Assembly: GCA_965655095.1 (NCBI GenBank)
Contig: OZ296651.1
Location: forward strand, 60,388,001 to 60,452,000
Direction: 5' to 3'
DNA: 64,000 bases
Origin: Haplodiscus bocki
Lineage: Eukaryota
Shown: piece by piece, positions 24,456 to 37,500 of the stretch
Layout of the letters: each line of letters starts with the position of its first letter
Numbering within the stretch: position 1 is the stretch's first letter
Notes under the pieces: model-generated
Told to the model about the DNA's origin: nothing
What the model saw: only the letters and a program-made list of their open reading frames with translations
The model's database searches: none
Position numbers and translations under genes: made by a program

Positions 24456-27400
24456 ATGGAAAATAACCGCACATTTGAAATTTGTAATGTTAATGTTCAC
24501 AGAGCATCTATGCAAAAACACTTAAGAAAAGAAACATTTGGAAAATGTAAAACAAAATAAAAAGGATTATACCAGAAGGGTTATTTAAAAAAGAGCGATC
24601 GCCTATTCAGAAAAAGATACAAAAAGTATAAAACCCTAAAACAATAAAACAATTTGCAAGAGAGAAAATTAAATTGGATGATAATGAATTAGCTAGAATG
24701 ATTATTTTTCCATAATATTTTATTGATGAAAACTTAAAAATTGGTTTCAAAAATATTTTAGAAAGTCATAATATTAGTCATGCAAATTCTATTTTGACTA
24801 TTACACCTAATTGTCCAGAATTTGGGATTGATTTCAGATATATTAATATTATCATTAAAAAATCATCTGTTATTTATGCTAAATTAATAAATCAATAAAA
24901 ATTTAAATATCACACAATCTTTTCAGCAAGCTTTCATGAAATTAATGAAGAAGATCAAAGAAATAATGAAATTGAATTATATATGAACTTAAATATCAAT
25001 CATAATTTAACAGAGTCCGATATTGATAACGTTGACGTTAGATCTCAATTAGAACACCGAATTCAAGTTCAAGAGACTAACGAATCTGGATGGATATTTG
25101 ATAAATTTAATTCAATGAAAATATCATTTTTTAAAACTGGAGAATCAAATGGATCTTCTTATGTTAAAATTCCTTTAAGATCAAACACTATCTTAAATAT
25201 TCAAAATATTGATAAATATTGTTTTATTTGGTCAATTTTAGCTTCTTTACATCCTTGTGAAAATACTCATCCATCAAGAGTAAACAATTATTTACAACAT
25301 TTTATTGAATTAAACTTTCAAAGTTTTGATTTTACAAATGGTTTTAAGTGTAGTGTTGTTCGCAAATTTAAGGAATTAAATAATTTATCTGTAAAGATAT
25401 ATGATTTAAATTTTTTTCCAGATGGTGATAAATAGAAACATAAATTAATTCCTATGGAAATTAGTAAAAATGAAACAGACAAAGTTGTTGACTAATTAAT
25501 CTATAAAAATCATTATGCCCTCATTAAGAAATTACATGTATTTTTAGGAAATCACAACAAAAGTTTTGTGTGTAAACAATGTTTAAATTCTTATAGAAGT
25601 GAAACTGCTTTAAAAAATCAAAAAGAAAAATGTGGAGATGATAATATATGTACGATTAGAACATCAAGTGAATCTCATCTTTATTGGAAAAAAACATTTT
25701 CATAAGAATCCATTATATTTTAGAATTATTGTTGATTTCGAAGCTGATAATGAGATTGATGATTCTAAGAAAGGAAACAAAACCACCAACATTTACAAAC
25801 AAATACCTGTACTTAATGCCTATTATATAATATCAGCATTAGAAGATGTATTAAAAAGTGGTTATTATGAGTCTCCTTTAAGTTATATTAATGTTAATTG
25901 GTTTGTTAAAAAAAAATATAAAATTAGAAAATAAAATGTTTTTCTATTTTAAAAACACTAAGAAAGATATCGTTATGACTAAAGAAAATGAGGAAGATTA
26001 TAGAAAGAATAACATTTGTCGTTTTTGCGAAAAAGAGATATTATCTGATAAAGTTCGTGATCATTGCCACTTAACAGGTAAAAATAGAGGTCCAGCTCAA
26101 AACACTTGTAATATAAACGTTAAACAGAAAATAGTAATTTTATACCATTTGCATTCCATAATTTCGTTAATTACGGTTGTCAGAAGTTTTTTTAAAAAAT
26201 TAGTTGTTTTAAAAAAAGATAAAGTAAAATTGGAAGATATTCCTAAAACCAACGAAGAATACATATCTGTGACTTATGGTTGTATTAGATTTATTGATAG
26301 TTATCGTTTCTTATCAGAGAGTTTGGATAAATTAGTTAAAAATTTGGATGACGATGATTTTAAAATTTTGAAAAAAGAATTTCCTGACAAATGGCAATAT
26401 CTCAATAAACAATTAGCATACCCATATCAATATTTCAATAGTATCAACGGTTATCAAAAAGCTGTTGATAATATAAAAAAGAAGACTTTTCCAGTGTGTT
26501 AAAAAACGAATGTCCCGATGTTGATGAAATAGAACGAACTAAAGAAATTGTTAAAATATTTGATATCAAAAATGGGGAAGAATTAACTAAATTATATTGT
26601 AAAAGTGATTTTATTTTATTAGCCGATGTTCTTGAGAAGTTCGTTAAAGTCTCGTCTGAAGAATATGGTAATAATCCTCCATATTGTGTTAGTTTACCAG
26701 GATATACGTAGCAATGTGCTTTGAAATATACTGATATTAAATTAGAAACCCTTCAAGATAAAGATTTGATTTCCTTAATAGAAAATAATAAACGTGGTGG
26801 CTTAAGCTCAGTTATGGGTGATAGATATGTGAAATCAAAAAAAAGATATTATACATGGACGCCACCAACTTAAATGGCCACTCAATGTTTCGAATGTTAC
26901 CTTATGATGAAGTCGAGATGTGGTATGGTCATCCAGATCTTTATATGAATTGTTTGGAAGAGATATTAAAAACAACAGATGATAGTGATATTGGTTATTT
27001 TTCAGAAGTTTATTTAAAGTATCCTGATAAAATACAAGAAGAAACAAAGAATTTCCCATTTTGTCCAGAGAACAAGAAAATTAATCCCAATAAATACAAA
27101 GATTATCTGAATAAGATAAAACCTAAGAATTATACAAAATCTAAAAAGTTAATATGTGATTGGTCTGATAAGAAAAAGTATCTGATTCATTATAGAATGT
27201 TAAAATTTTATGTTAGACATGGTATGATAGTTGTAAAAATTCAAGAAATTTTCTCATTTGAACAAAGTAAATGCTTAGAAAGATATATTAGTTTTAATAC
27301 TCTAAAACGAAACAAAGCTAAAAGTGATTTTGAAAAAGACATTTTTAAATTACTTGTGAATGCTGCTTTCGGTAATTTCCTCGAAGATGTTCGGAAACGT

Positions 27401-28116
27401 TTGGAACTAGAATTAATTAAAAAAGATGATATTTAAAAAATTTTTAAACGACAATCAAAATTAACATTCAATGGTATTCATAAATCATCTGAAAACTATG
27501 ACAGTTATACATTCAAACAGAACCAAATAGTTATGGAAAAAGCTATATATGTTGGTATTAGTATTTTGGAATTAAATAAATTACATATGTATGAAACCTG
27601 TTATGATACATTACAACCATATTTTGGACAAGAAAAATTACAATTACACTATATAGATACGGATGGTATGATATTGAGTATGAATACAAAAGATATTATC
27701 AAAGACTTGAAAAATTTAGAAAATATTTTTGATTTCAGTACCTTAGATGAAAATCATGAATTATTTAGTAAGAGAAACAAAAAAGCAATCGGTAAATTCG
27801 AAACAGAATCTCCTAAAACAATTTGGATAGATGAATGTGTTTGTTTAAGATCAAAAGCTTATTCGTTTAAATGTAAAGATAATAGTGAAAACAAAAATAA
27901 AAAAAAGGTATTTCTAAATCTCAATCAAAGCATAATAAACTTGAAGAATATTAAAAAAGTTTGGATGGAGAAGAATATCAAAGAAAATGCAACAATTATA
28001 TTCTTTGTTCAATTAATCATGAAATGCATCTTCAATAAATAAAAAAATCAACTATATCTCTTTTCGATGACAAACGATGTTAAATAAACGAAATTGAAAG
28101 TGAACCTTGGAATTAA
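24456..28116 (+). pseudogene. polB: Protein-primed family B DNA polymerase with OTU-like N-terminal domain and EndoVII/HNH-like insertion
   Basis: IDKYCFIWSILA...NHYALI, ExoI VDFEAD, CRFC...VRDHCHLTGKNRGPAQNTCN, RFIDSYRFL, ExoIII LYCKSD, motif A YMDATNL, motif B FKLLVNAAFG, motif C YIDTDG, FDDKR. Confidence 0.96.
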
Positions 28117-28212
28117 CATAATCTCATAACTTCACACAGTACAGTAAAAATCTTCATTTGAACCTTTTTAATTGAAAAAGATTTTTTATTTCAGTAAATC
28201 ACTCTTTAATAA

Positions 28213-28706
28213 ATGATTTGTATAATGAACGAAAAGGTTATCGTTAAAGAACACGAGTTCAAAAACCCACTCATTCAAAAGATAGGTTCTCTAATCGATA
28301 ATTGTATTAGAGATTGTCATGATCAATATTTTCATACATTTGATCATATATGTGAATATGTTTTAAATTTTACAAATATTGGTTTTAATGAAACAGTTAA
28401 TTTCACAATTTCTGATAAATGCATGGGTATGTATGAACTGAATCAAAATTTAGCAATAGCTCGTGGAAACAGTTTTATATTTAATCAGATAAACAATTTT
28501 AAAATTAAAATTTATAGTAATCTGTCTCATATAAACATACATTACTATCTAAAACTTCGTATCCCAATGTGTCATAGACTACTCTTCAGAAAAATGTAAC
28601 AAAGTAAGGATTATATTCAAACATATTGCAATGTTAGTTGAAATCCATTTCATTTTGCATGTCGTCAATGGTATTCATATAACAATCCACAATGTAATAT
28701 GGTATA
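28213..28706 (+). pseudogene. Hypothetical Polinton protein whose 3' half lies inside the right TIR
   Basis: ORF 28213-28599 continues past a TAA. Similar to element-2 gene 58297-58820 (F.F..I....I......Y.K.P). Confidence 0.6.
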
Positions 28707-29939
28707 ATTACACGTATTCAAAAACAAACAACAGGTATAATTATTCGTATACTTGTATGAATAAACACTTATTCAAATACAAATAAAAATATAATTATTC
28801 TTATACTTGTACAAATAAGTCTAATTATTCGTATACTTGTACAAATACTATTTTTTCAAGACCTTTTCTACGATATATAATATGTCATCATTATCAAAAC
28901 TTTTTTCATTGACATATACCAAGTTTGAGGTTTTAGATGGTAAGAGTTTCAATCAACATTCCCGAAAAATTTACCATTAAAGTCAACATTTATTTATCTT
29001 TCTGATGATATGAAAAATTTTCCATTGACATACCACGCTTGAGGGTATAGTTTCAGGCTTTTGTTGGTAATAGTTTCACTCAATGTTTTCAAAAAATATT
29101 ACCATTGAATAGCATTTTTCAAGACCTTTTCTGTAGCTCAAAAAGTCATTGATTTCGTAGTTTTTACAATTTTCTTAATAATTTTCCGATTTTGTTTATT
29201 GACATTTCATTTTAATTGTCTCAAATAAATGATTACAAATTCGAAAACTAGAATTTTCATTTCCAAAAAATTAGTTGTATTAGTTTTAATAATCTTGTTA
29301 TAGGAAAGAAAAAAACGAAATGTTCGATTAGCAAAGGCTGTATGAATTTTTTATTAGTTGAAAGGAAAGGAAAAACTGATTGAATTTTTTATTAGTTTAG
29401 GAAGAAAGGAAGAATATTGAATACAAAAACCGCGCTGGCGAACTTCCAAGTCCATGCAAGCATTCCTGGCGACAGTTCCTCCTCTATACCAAGTTAATGG
29501 CAAGACAGTTCCTCCCGGAGAATCGTGGCAATGTACGACAAAGACTGGGGATACGTATGAAGTAGTGAACCCCACACACTACGGCAAGCCTTAATTTTTA
29601 TCGATGTCATTATACAAGTACCAATCAACAAGCGGGAGGCGAAATAGGAAGATAAAGTCTAGTTTCTGTATGTATACATGGTATACTACCAGATTCGTGG
29701 TACGTACACTTTTTCGGTGTGTGATGGTGGTGATTTTTTCAGTATCGCTTCAACGTAAAAAAATACACGTGCAAGTTCATTTTACCATTGCTTCACAAAT
29801 TCACGCTTACGTGAATGTGGAATTATATATACATGCTTTCATGCATTTATACGGTAGAAAAAAACAGGTATGTTAAATTTTTTTATTTTTTTTGCTCCGC
29901 CCGCGGCTTTTGGCGTCATATTCCGTTATACACACTACT
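28478..29939 (-). repeat. Right terminal inverted repeat of element 1
   Basis: Reverse complement of 12345-13808. Confidence 0.93.
29454..29876 (+). pseudogene. Cryptic ~140-aa gene inside the TIR (mirror copy ~12474-12832, minus strand)
   Basis: MQAFLATVPPLYQVNGKTVPPGESWQCTTKTGDTYEVVNPTHYGK...; the right copy has ATG plus an internal TAA, the left copy has ATT plus CAA. Homologue in element 2. Confidence 0.5.
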
Positions 29940-29949
29940 GTCCTTACCT

Positions 29950-32250
29950 GAAACATCTTTTTGGCTAGACTTTTCAATCTAAAAAAAGGCAACAAGCAGA
30001 CATTTTTCTCTTTGACCAAAAAATTTTCCAGTAAAACTACCAACTGTTTTTTAGCGATGTCAAAATTCACAACTTCAACTTCTAGAAAGGCATTCAACAC
30101 GTAAAACTGGGAGATGGATGTTGAAATTGGATTTCGAATAGGACAAAAATGCAACAAAGTGCAATTAATGTTGACTTTTTGTCGATATCCAAAATCGCTT
30201 TTCCCCAAAACTGCCAGCTTGGTTTCATTCAGCAGCACCTCAAGTGATTGGTTTTGTCTTGTTAAAATCCAAATCACAAAAAATCTGGATTTGAATAGTG
30301 CATTGGATTCTTCGTAGGTCGAACAAGGTTCAAAGTGCCATTCGTATTGGCTGTAATTGATCTCGAAACTCTGATTTCCCGAAAACAACTGGTTTGATTT
30401 TTCTATCAAGACCTCAACCGACAGTCTATAACTTTTTAGGGGCAAATCAACCAGAAAAAAATTAGAATTTTGAAAATTGTATCGGACTTCTCATAGGCCG
30501 GAATTGCCAAAATGTGATATTAGTATTGAATTTCCAAAATACTCGAAAGGCACATTCGACCTAACTACTGCCAGGATTTCATCCTTCATAGTCTAAATCA
30601 TTCATCTTTGGAAACACAATTTCAAATCAATTATTGCCGATTGCGTTTCTTGCATGAGAATACCAAAAGCCCCAATATCCCAAAAACTGCTAATAGTTTC
30701 ATTGTCCGAGATAATCGAGCTCAATTTTTGCCATAACCAATTAATTGAATAACTTCTATCAGAGTCCCAATCAACAAAGATTTTTTTCCTAGCAATTCGA
30801 TATCAAGAATCAGCAACAATTCGTTTTGCATCAGAAATCCGATGGGCCTAAAATGCCAAAATTTGCTTTGAGAATTGATTTTCCATTTCAATCTAACTCA
30901 ATGTTCCATATAACTACCGTCCGGATTGAATCGATCAAGATCCCAACAAAAAAATTTATCCTTTCAGTAGCGTTTTTGTTGAAATCTGTGTCAATTTTTC
31001 CCTTGCATCTTGATTTGGAGAGGCCGGAAATGACAGACTTTGCCGTTAGAATAGATTTTTGGCGACTTTCAAACTGAATTTCGGACGTAGTACTGGCTGC
31101 ATTACATCTGAGAAGGTCCCAATTCTCGTATTTTTTGCACTGAAAAGCGTTCTGAAGTCCAGCACTACCAATATTCTGTCTTGCATTGGATAGTTCATGC
31201 CAAAAAAGCTCTTAGTTTTGATTTTTTACCATAACGATCAAATGAACTACATCCATCAAGGTTCTAATCAACGTCCTATACTTGTCAAAGCATATTCATT
31301 AATTTGTCAGTACCTTTTTTCGCGTGTATCATTGGCGTCCTGGTAGACCGAAATTGTCGAACTTTGTCTTTAGTACTGATTTACCGCCTTGATAAAACTT
31401 GTAAGTCGCTTAAGATGCCGGCGTGAATACATGCATCAATGTCCCAAACAGAAATTCTCCACTAATTGAAGCACTTCTAATGTTGTCATCATCAATTTCG
31501 GTCCTCAGTTTGAAACCAGGAAAGAAACAAAAATGCCAAAAATTGGTATTGGTACTGATTTGCGGCAATAATTAAGATCAGCTTTTGCTGAAAATTCCGT
31601 CTTGACAAATTTCTTTCGGATCGAAATTAGAACTTTTCCATCTATTGAAGCATTTGCAAAATTTTTGTCAACAAGATTCCGTCTGGCATTGCAATCTTGA
31701 TGGAAAAAAGTCTCAAAAAAGGCAATTATTTCTGATTTTTAAGGTTGTTCAACCTCAACAGTCGCCTTTACTACCGGCTGTATTACATCCATCAAACGCG
31801 CAAACAAAATTTTTTGATAATTGAAGCATTTTAAATTGAGCTACCGGCAATGTTTTGGCTTTAATTGCACTCTTGATTGGGCGAAGACGCCGAAAATTGC
31901 AATTAATTCTGAAACTTATTTGTATTGAAAATCATGTTCAGAGGCAATTACCGGCTTGATTTTTTCCATGAAGATCTCAATCAACAGCATTCTTACTTGA
32001 AAAGAAATTTGAACGAACATGTCTGCCTCACATCGAATTTCTGGTATGTCCACTATTGAAGAATTGTAGTTAGTTCTGATGTTCATCTATATCCATTTCC
32101 ATTCTAAGACATAACTGCCGGATTGGGTTTCTTCCATCGAGGTCTTTTTTGACAGCTGTTTATAAAAGATAACTACTTGATCGAATTTCAGTTGGAAGCC
32201 TGATAGACCAAAAGAAGTGAAAACTGCAATTCTTGTTTTGTTTCTTCAAA
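29950..32250. repeat. Highly degenerate tandem repeat, ~176-bp period, about 13 units
   Basis: Recurring unit like GGCCGRAATGCCAAAATTTGY..TAGTAYTGATTT near 30145, 30320, 30497, 30671, 30844, 31021, 31195, 31345, 31525, 31705, 31882, 32055. Confidence 0.6.
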
Positions 32251-34519
32251 GACTCATTCCATCCGAAGTATTGGGTCCATTAGTAAATATATCTGATGTC
32301 TTTTCGATACATCGGCGCTCTATGGACGGAAAATATTAAAGCACCGCTGCGCCCCTTGTTGAGTCTTGTATTATATGTGGTGCATCTAGGGTAGCTTACA
32401 TAAAGCAGGTGCATCTGGAGGAGACAGTGAACTTGATTTTTTTTCAGTTTTTGAGGGTGTAGACACTGATTTGCGCCTGTTCACGTAATCTAATTAAATT
32501 TCAAGGCTCTACAGGCCAAATATCAGGTCTTCGAAAACTTCAGTATGTTAAACAATGACTAATACCCTTCCAGAACTTGTCACTGCTGACTCAGTGTTCA
32601 ATCAACAATGTAATTCACTTAGCAATCTCTGAACGGCAGAGTTTCAATGCTGAAAAATTATTTTCTCAAATGAAAAATTTAAGAGAAAGAATCTCGAAAA
32701 TATCCAAATCTAAGACAACTAGAGATAAAGTTCTTCTTGATTTTTCCCATCTGTCATTGGTGCATATTGTCAAAAGGTGCTGGTTGTAAAATTTGCCAGA
32801 TGCTCCCGATCCAGTCCGAAAAAAAGCTCAGAACAGCCGTACCGTCTTTGAAGGTGACTGGAATTTTTTTTTGGAAAATCATTCAACGTTATCTTTAAAA
32901 ATGATATCTGGGCTAACTGGAAAGGAGTTTGATTAAATGTTTTTGTTGAAAAATGCTAAAGTTACTCAAAATGCCTTTCAAAAAACTGAACTTTCCGGGT
33001 CAAAATTAGTTCCAGGTAATGAAACAAAAATTTCAACTAATTTTGTAAAAAATATCAACTCGCGTTTCACCATCCAAAAGAAAATGTTTTTGGGAAGTTT
33101 TGTCAAAACAGAAACAAAAGGAAACAGCAAAAAAACGCAAAGTTTGTCTTCAAAGATGTGGTTATTGGTTAATTTCCGCGGCCAAGAAGATTAGTGACAC
33201 TACTTCTGATTTTCGGCGAAATTTATCGGCATTTTTCAAAATAAGAATAAGTGTCTTCATGAAAGTTTTAAAAATTGCAACTGTCGCAGATGCATGTAGT
33301 AGGAGAGCGATAGAATTGAAATTGGAATTCTTATTTGGTTCAAATTTTCGCTCTCGCTTGGAGAGGTGCGCGACTAACATTCCCTTTGTCGTCTAAATTA
33401 AAGCAACGGCTGCGGTACGTCAGTTGGTTTTATGAATAAACAGAGATAGTCTCCAGAGCTTTTGTTTTCCTGTTATCGTTGTCTTGCTGGCTCCGCAAAA
33501 AAAGATTGCGTAAGGTCAATAGCAAGGTCTTTACGAGCGATGAAATGAAAATAGAAAAAGAAATAATCAATTATTCAGGTTAAAAAGAGGAACAAAACGC
33601 GTTCAAGTGAATTGAATGGCAAATGTACGTCTCTGGGGGCTTAGTCATAGATAACTGCTGGCAAGGAAAAGAGGAAATCAGCAACAGTCTATTCCAACAA
33701 TAAATTCGAGCACAATCCGACTGAATTTTTTCATTATAAAATCTTATAAAATCCGTTTACAAAATCCTCTTTCTGTATAAATCAGCTCCTTCGATAAAAT
33801 ATCAGAAGTAATTAACGCTCCAATTCATTCACACTGGTTGATCACTTCAACTTTTGGGAGAGGGAAGAAATGAAATCTTCTAAAAAAAAGGTGAAAATCA
33901 GTAAAATTACACAAAGTAGAATATCATTTTTTCAATAGACTGATAGAGATGATCAATAAAATTGCCGAGTTATCTTATCAATATTATCCAAAGTTAGAAA
34001 GCGAGTAAACGTGAAGTCTCGATGCAGAATTGAGAAGTTTTCGGGAAAGATTTAATTTGTTAGACGATTGTTTTCCAGAGCCTTCGGCTACGGCGAACAG
34101 TGCGATTTTCGCTTTTTCTAGCATTGCTTTTTCTTTTTTGTGGGTTTTTGGAGGTTTTGAATTTTATTTTATGTTATATGTAAAGTGTATCCTTTAGTCT
34201 AGACTCAGTAACTGGCAATTTGCTCTCATCTGGTTGAAGATGTTTCTTTTCCCCAAAATTTCAAAACCGTGAATAAATCTCCGGATTTATTGGCGAGGTT
34301 TGAGATGTTTTAGGTTTTATCAAAGATTCAGGTAACTGCTCGCTTCTGGCGGCAACCTGGCAATTTCTTTGTTAGTGCGTTTTTCTCCAACCGACACTAT
34401 TTTCCAGCGGATTTCACGTGAGGGATTGTTAAAAAAAGGTATTATGATTGACCCGAGAGATGTATTCAATTTGGAATAGAAAACCGTATAACGGATAATG
34501 TTGTTGGAGTCGGGTTATC

Positions 34520-37500
34520 TGTGCGTTGCTCTGGGACTCTCTTCTTGTAAATCTGACTCGCAATGGGATCGAATGGGGAAGTTCAAGTTGAAGACGAACA
34601 ACGGAAATTTTTCACGATATTTGAAAAGGGGACGGTTTCTGCGTATTCATTCCGTGTCTTTGATTTCAGAAAGAATTCCAAATTCTCACGGCAGCAGACA
34701 AGGTGTGACTTGCTCCATTATCTAATGCCAATTAAAACACTTTCGAGGAACTTCGTGGGTGTTGTGCAAACAAGATTCTCTCCAAATTCAGAACCGAAGT
34801 TCGTTCAGGGAATCCGCCCACGCCAGTACCGAAGCAGGCCTTAGTGGACACTGTTTGGACTCCAGTGGCAAGTATATGCAATAAGTAAGCAAAGAAAGGG
34901 AGTTTTGATCATGCAGTTTGAGGTTAACTCTTGTTCCAATTTCAATGATTTGAACGAAAGATTCGGCATCTTGATCGGGGTTTGTGCCAGAAATTTTGTC
35001 GATAGCCAGGTCAGGATAAGCAAGGTGGGTTGCAACCATGATGCTTCAGTTAAACTTGAGATCCAAATATTCTATTAGTTCCTCCAAGTTATCAATTCGA
35101 AGAGTATTTAAAAGAGGTTTAGGAAAAACTTCGGGTGAATTAGTTGCATCAGCTAAAGGTCTAAGCAAAGGGTGATGATTATCTAACACTATTTATTTCC
35201 AAATTTTATGGCCTCCCTGTGGATTTCCATATCTGCGCGCTATTACTCGTACACAGAAGCCACTGTAATAAGTCCATTTCAAACCTGTTATGATAATTGC
35301 AAGGCTCTCGGCTTTGGAAATTATAGTCGAAGGGCAAGTTAGTGGAACAGTTTTGCACTCGTCCTCTGGTATTCTGTCCAAATCCAGTATTAAACTTTCA
35401 AATTTTTGGCGTATCACGTGCTGACACGAATTCATCATAACAGAAACAATTGAAGCAATATAACTGCACAGTTTTAGTTCAGCCAAGTACTGTGGTTGAT
35501 TAGGATTTTTACCAAAACAGCGCTTGTTTCCGTAAGTTCGCTTGCGGAATACTTTTTCCAATTCGACAACTGCTAGGAGATCGGTAGGTGTTGGAAATGG
35601 AGCAATGACAGCAATTAGGAAGAAAAATAGCATAAGGATCAAATCAGTCCTCATTTTCAATGTGAACGAAAGATTCAAACAAAAAAATTTCGAGAAATGC
35701 TAGAGGAGAGAGAGTATACTGATCACGGCAACTGTTGAAATCCCCAGCGATATGAGAAGTTTTGTCATTACAAAAGGAAATATAAAGAAAGGCATCTAGT
35801 GCAGGAATACTTCAGAACAAATCGCTCAAAAACTAAATTCTAGACTAACTGGTCGCACCAGTTTGTCGCAGATGCATGCAGTAGGCGAGATAAAGACTTG
35901 AAATTGGACTTAATATTTGGTTCTGATTTTCGTTCTCGCTTAGAGCTTTGCCGAGACTTACACTCCGTTTGTTGTCTAAATTAAAGCAACGGTTGCGGTA
36001 CGTCAGTTGTTTTATCAAGAAAAAAGAAATAGTATCTAGAGTTCTTTTTCCTACTTTCGTTGCCTTGCTGGCTCCGCGAACAAAGATTGGGTAAGTTCAA
36101 TAGCAAGGACTTTACGAGTGATGAAAGTAAAATACAAAAAAATCAAATATTCAGATTACAAAGGGGAACAAAAGGCATTCAATTGAATTAAACTGCAAAT
36201 GAACGTCCTCGAAGACTTAGTCGCAGATAATGGCTGGCCAGGAAAGGAGGAAAAATAGCAAAAGTCCATTTCAACATGAATTTCGAGCACAGTCCGACTG
36301 AATTAGTTCTTGATAAAAATTAATAGAATCTGTTGACAAAGTTCCTCTGAAAATCAGCTCCTTCAATGGAATTACAGAAGTGATTAACGCTCCCGTTCAT
36401 TCACACTGGAGGATCCATTCACTTGTTAGGAGAAGGAAAAAATGAAAACTACCGACACCATTTTCTAGCGGACTTCACGGGAGGGATTGTTAAAAAAAGG
36501 TATTAGGTTTGACCCGAGAGATGTACTCAATTTGGAATAGAAAACCGTATAATGGATAATGTTGTTGGAGTCCAGTGATCTGTGCGTTGCTCTGGGACTC
36601 TCTTCTTGTAAATCTGACTCGCAATGGGATCGAATGGGGAAGTTCAAGTTGAAGACGAACAACGGAAATTTTTCACGATATTTGAAAAGGGGACGGTTTC
36701 TGCGTATTCATTCCGTGTCTTTGATTTCAGAAAGAATTCCAAATTCTCACGGCAGCAGACAAGGTGTGACTTGCTCCATTATCTAATGCCAATTAAAACA
36801 CTTTCGAGGAACTTCGTGGGTGTTGTGCAAACAAGATTCTCTCCAAATTCAGAACCGAAGTTCGTTCAGGGAATCCGCCCACGCCAGTACCGAAGCAGGC
36901 CTTAGTGGACACTGTTTGGACTCCAGTGGCAAGTATATGCAATAAGTAAGCAAAGAAAGGGAGTTTTGATCATGCAGTTTGAGGTTAACTCTTGTTCCAA
37001 TTTCAATGATTTGAACGAAAGATTCGGCATCTTGATCGGGGTTTGTGCCAGAAATTTTGTCGATAGCCAGGTCAGGATAAGCAAGGTGGGTTGCAACCAT
37101 GATGCTTCAGTTAAACTTGAGATCCAAATATTCTATTAGTTCCTCCAAGTTATCAATTCGAAGAGTATTTAAAAGAGGTTTAGGAAAAACTTCGGGTGAA
37201 TTAGTTGCATCAGCTAAAGGTCTAAGCAAAGGGTGATGATTATCTAACACTATTTATTTCCAAATTTTATGGCCTCCCTGTGGATTTCCATATCTGCGCG
37301 CTATTACTCGTACACAGAAGCCACTGTAATAAGTCCATTTCAAACCTGTTATGATAATTGCAAGGCTCTCGGCTTTGGAAATTATAGTCGAAGGGCAAGT
37401 TAGTGGAACAGTTTTGCACTCGTCCTCTGGTATTCTGTCCAAATCCAGTATTAAACTTTCAAATTTTTGGCGTATCACGTGCTGACACGAATTCATCATA

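Larger units (their letters stand above)
12345..29939 (+). mobile_element. Full-length Polinton/Maverick (adintovirus-like endogenous virus), element 1, 17.6 kb
   Basis: 5'-AGTAGT (12345) ... ACTACT-3' (29939). 6-bp TSD GTCCTC (12339-12344) / GTCCTT (29940-29945). Long TIRs and the full core gene set (pPolB, rve integrase, ATPase, protease, MCP, mCP). Confidence 0.96.

Noticed and set aside
29873-30445. 190-aa minus ORF
   Set aside because: Crosses from the satellite into the Polinton terminus; a chance frame across an insertion junction.
33878-34388. ~510-bp segment present only in the left LTR copy
   Set aside because: The indel is real, but I found no TIR, TSD or coding feature to classify it.
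35193-35678. 161-aa minus ORF (and identical copy 37254-37739) with a signal-peptide-like start
   Set aside because: Lies between the PBS and gag start of the LTR element, starts at a non-ATG codon and has no recognisable domain. The two copies are identical only because of the recent duplication.
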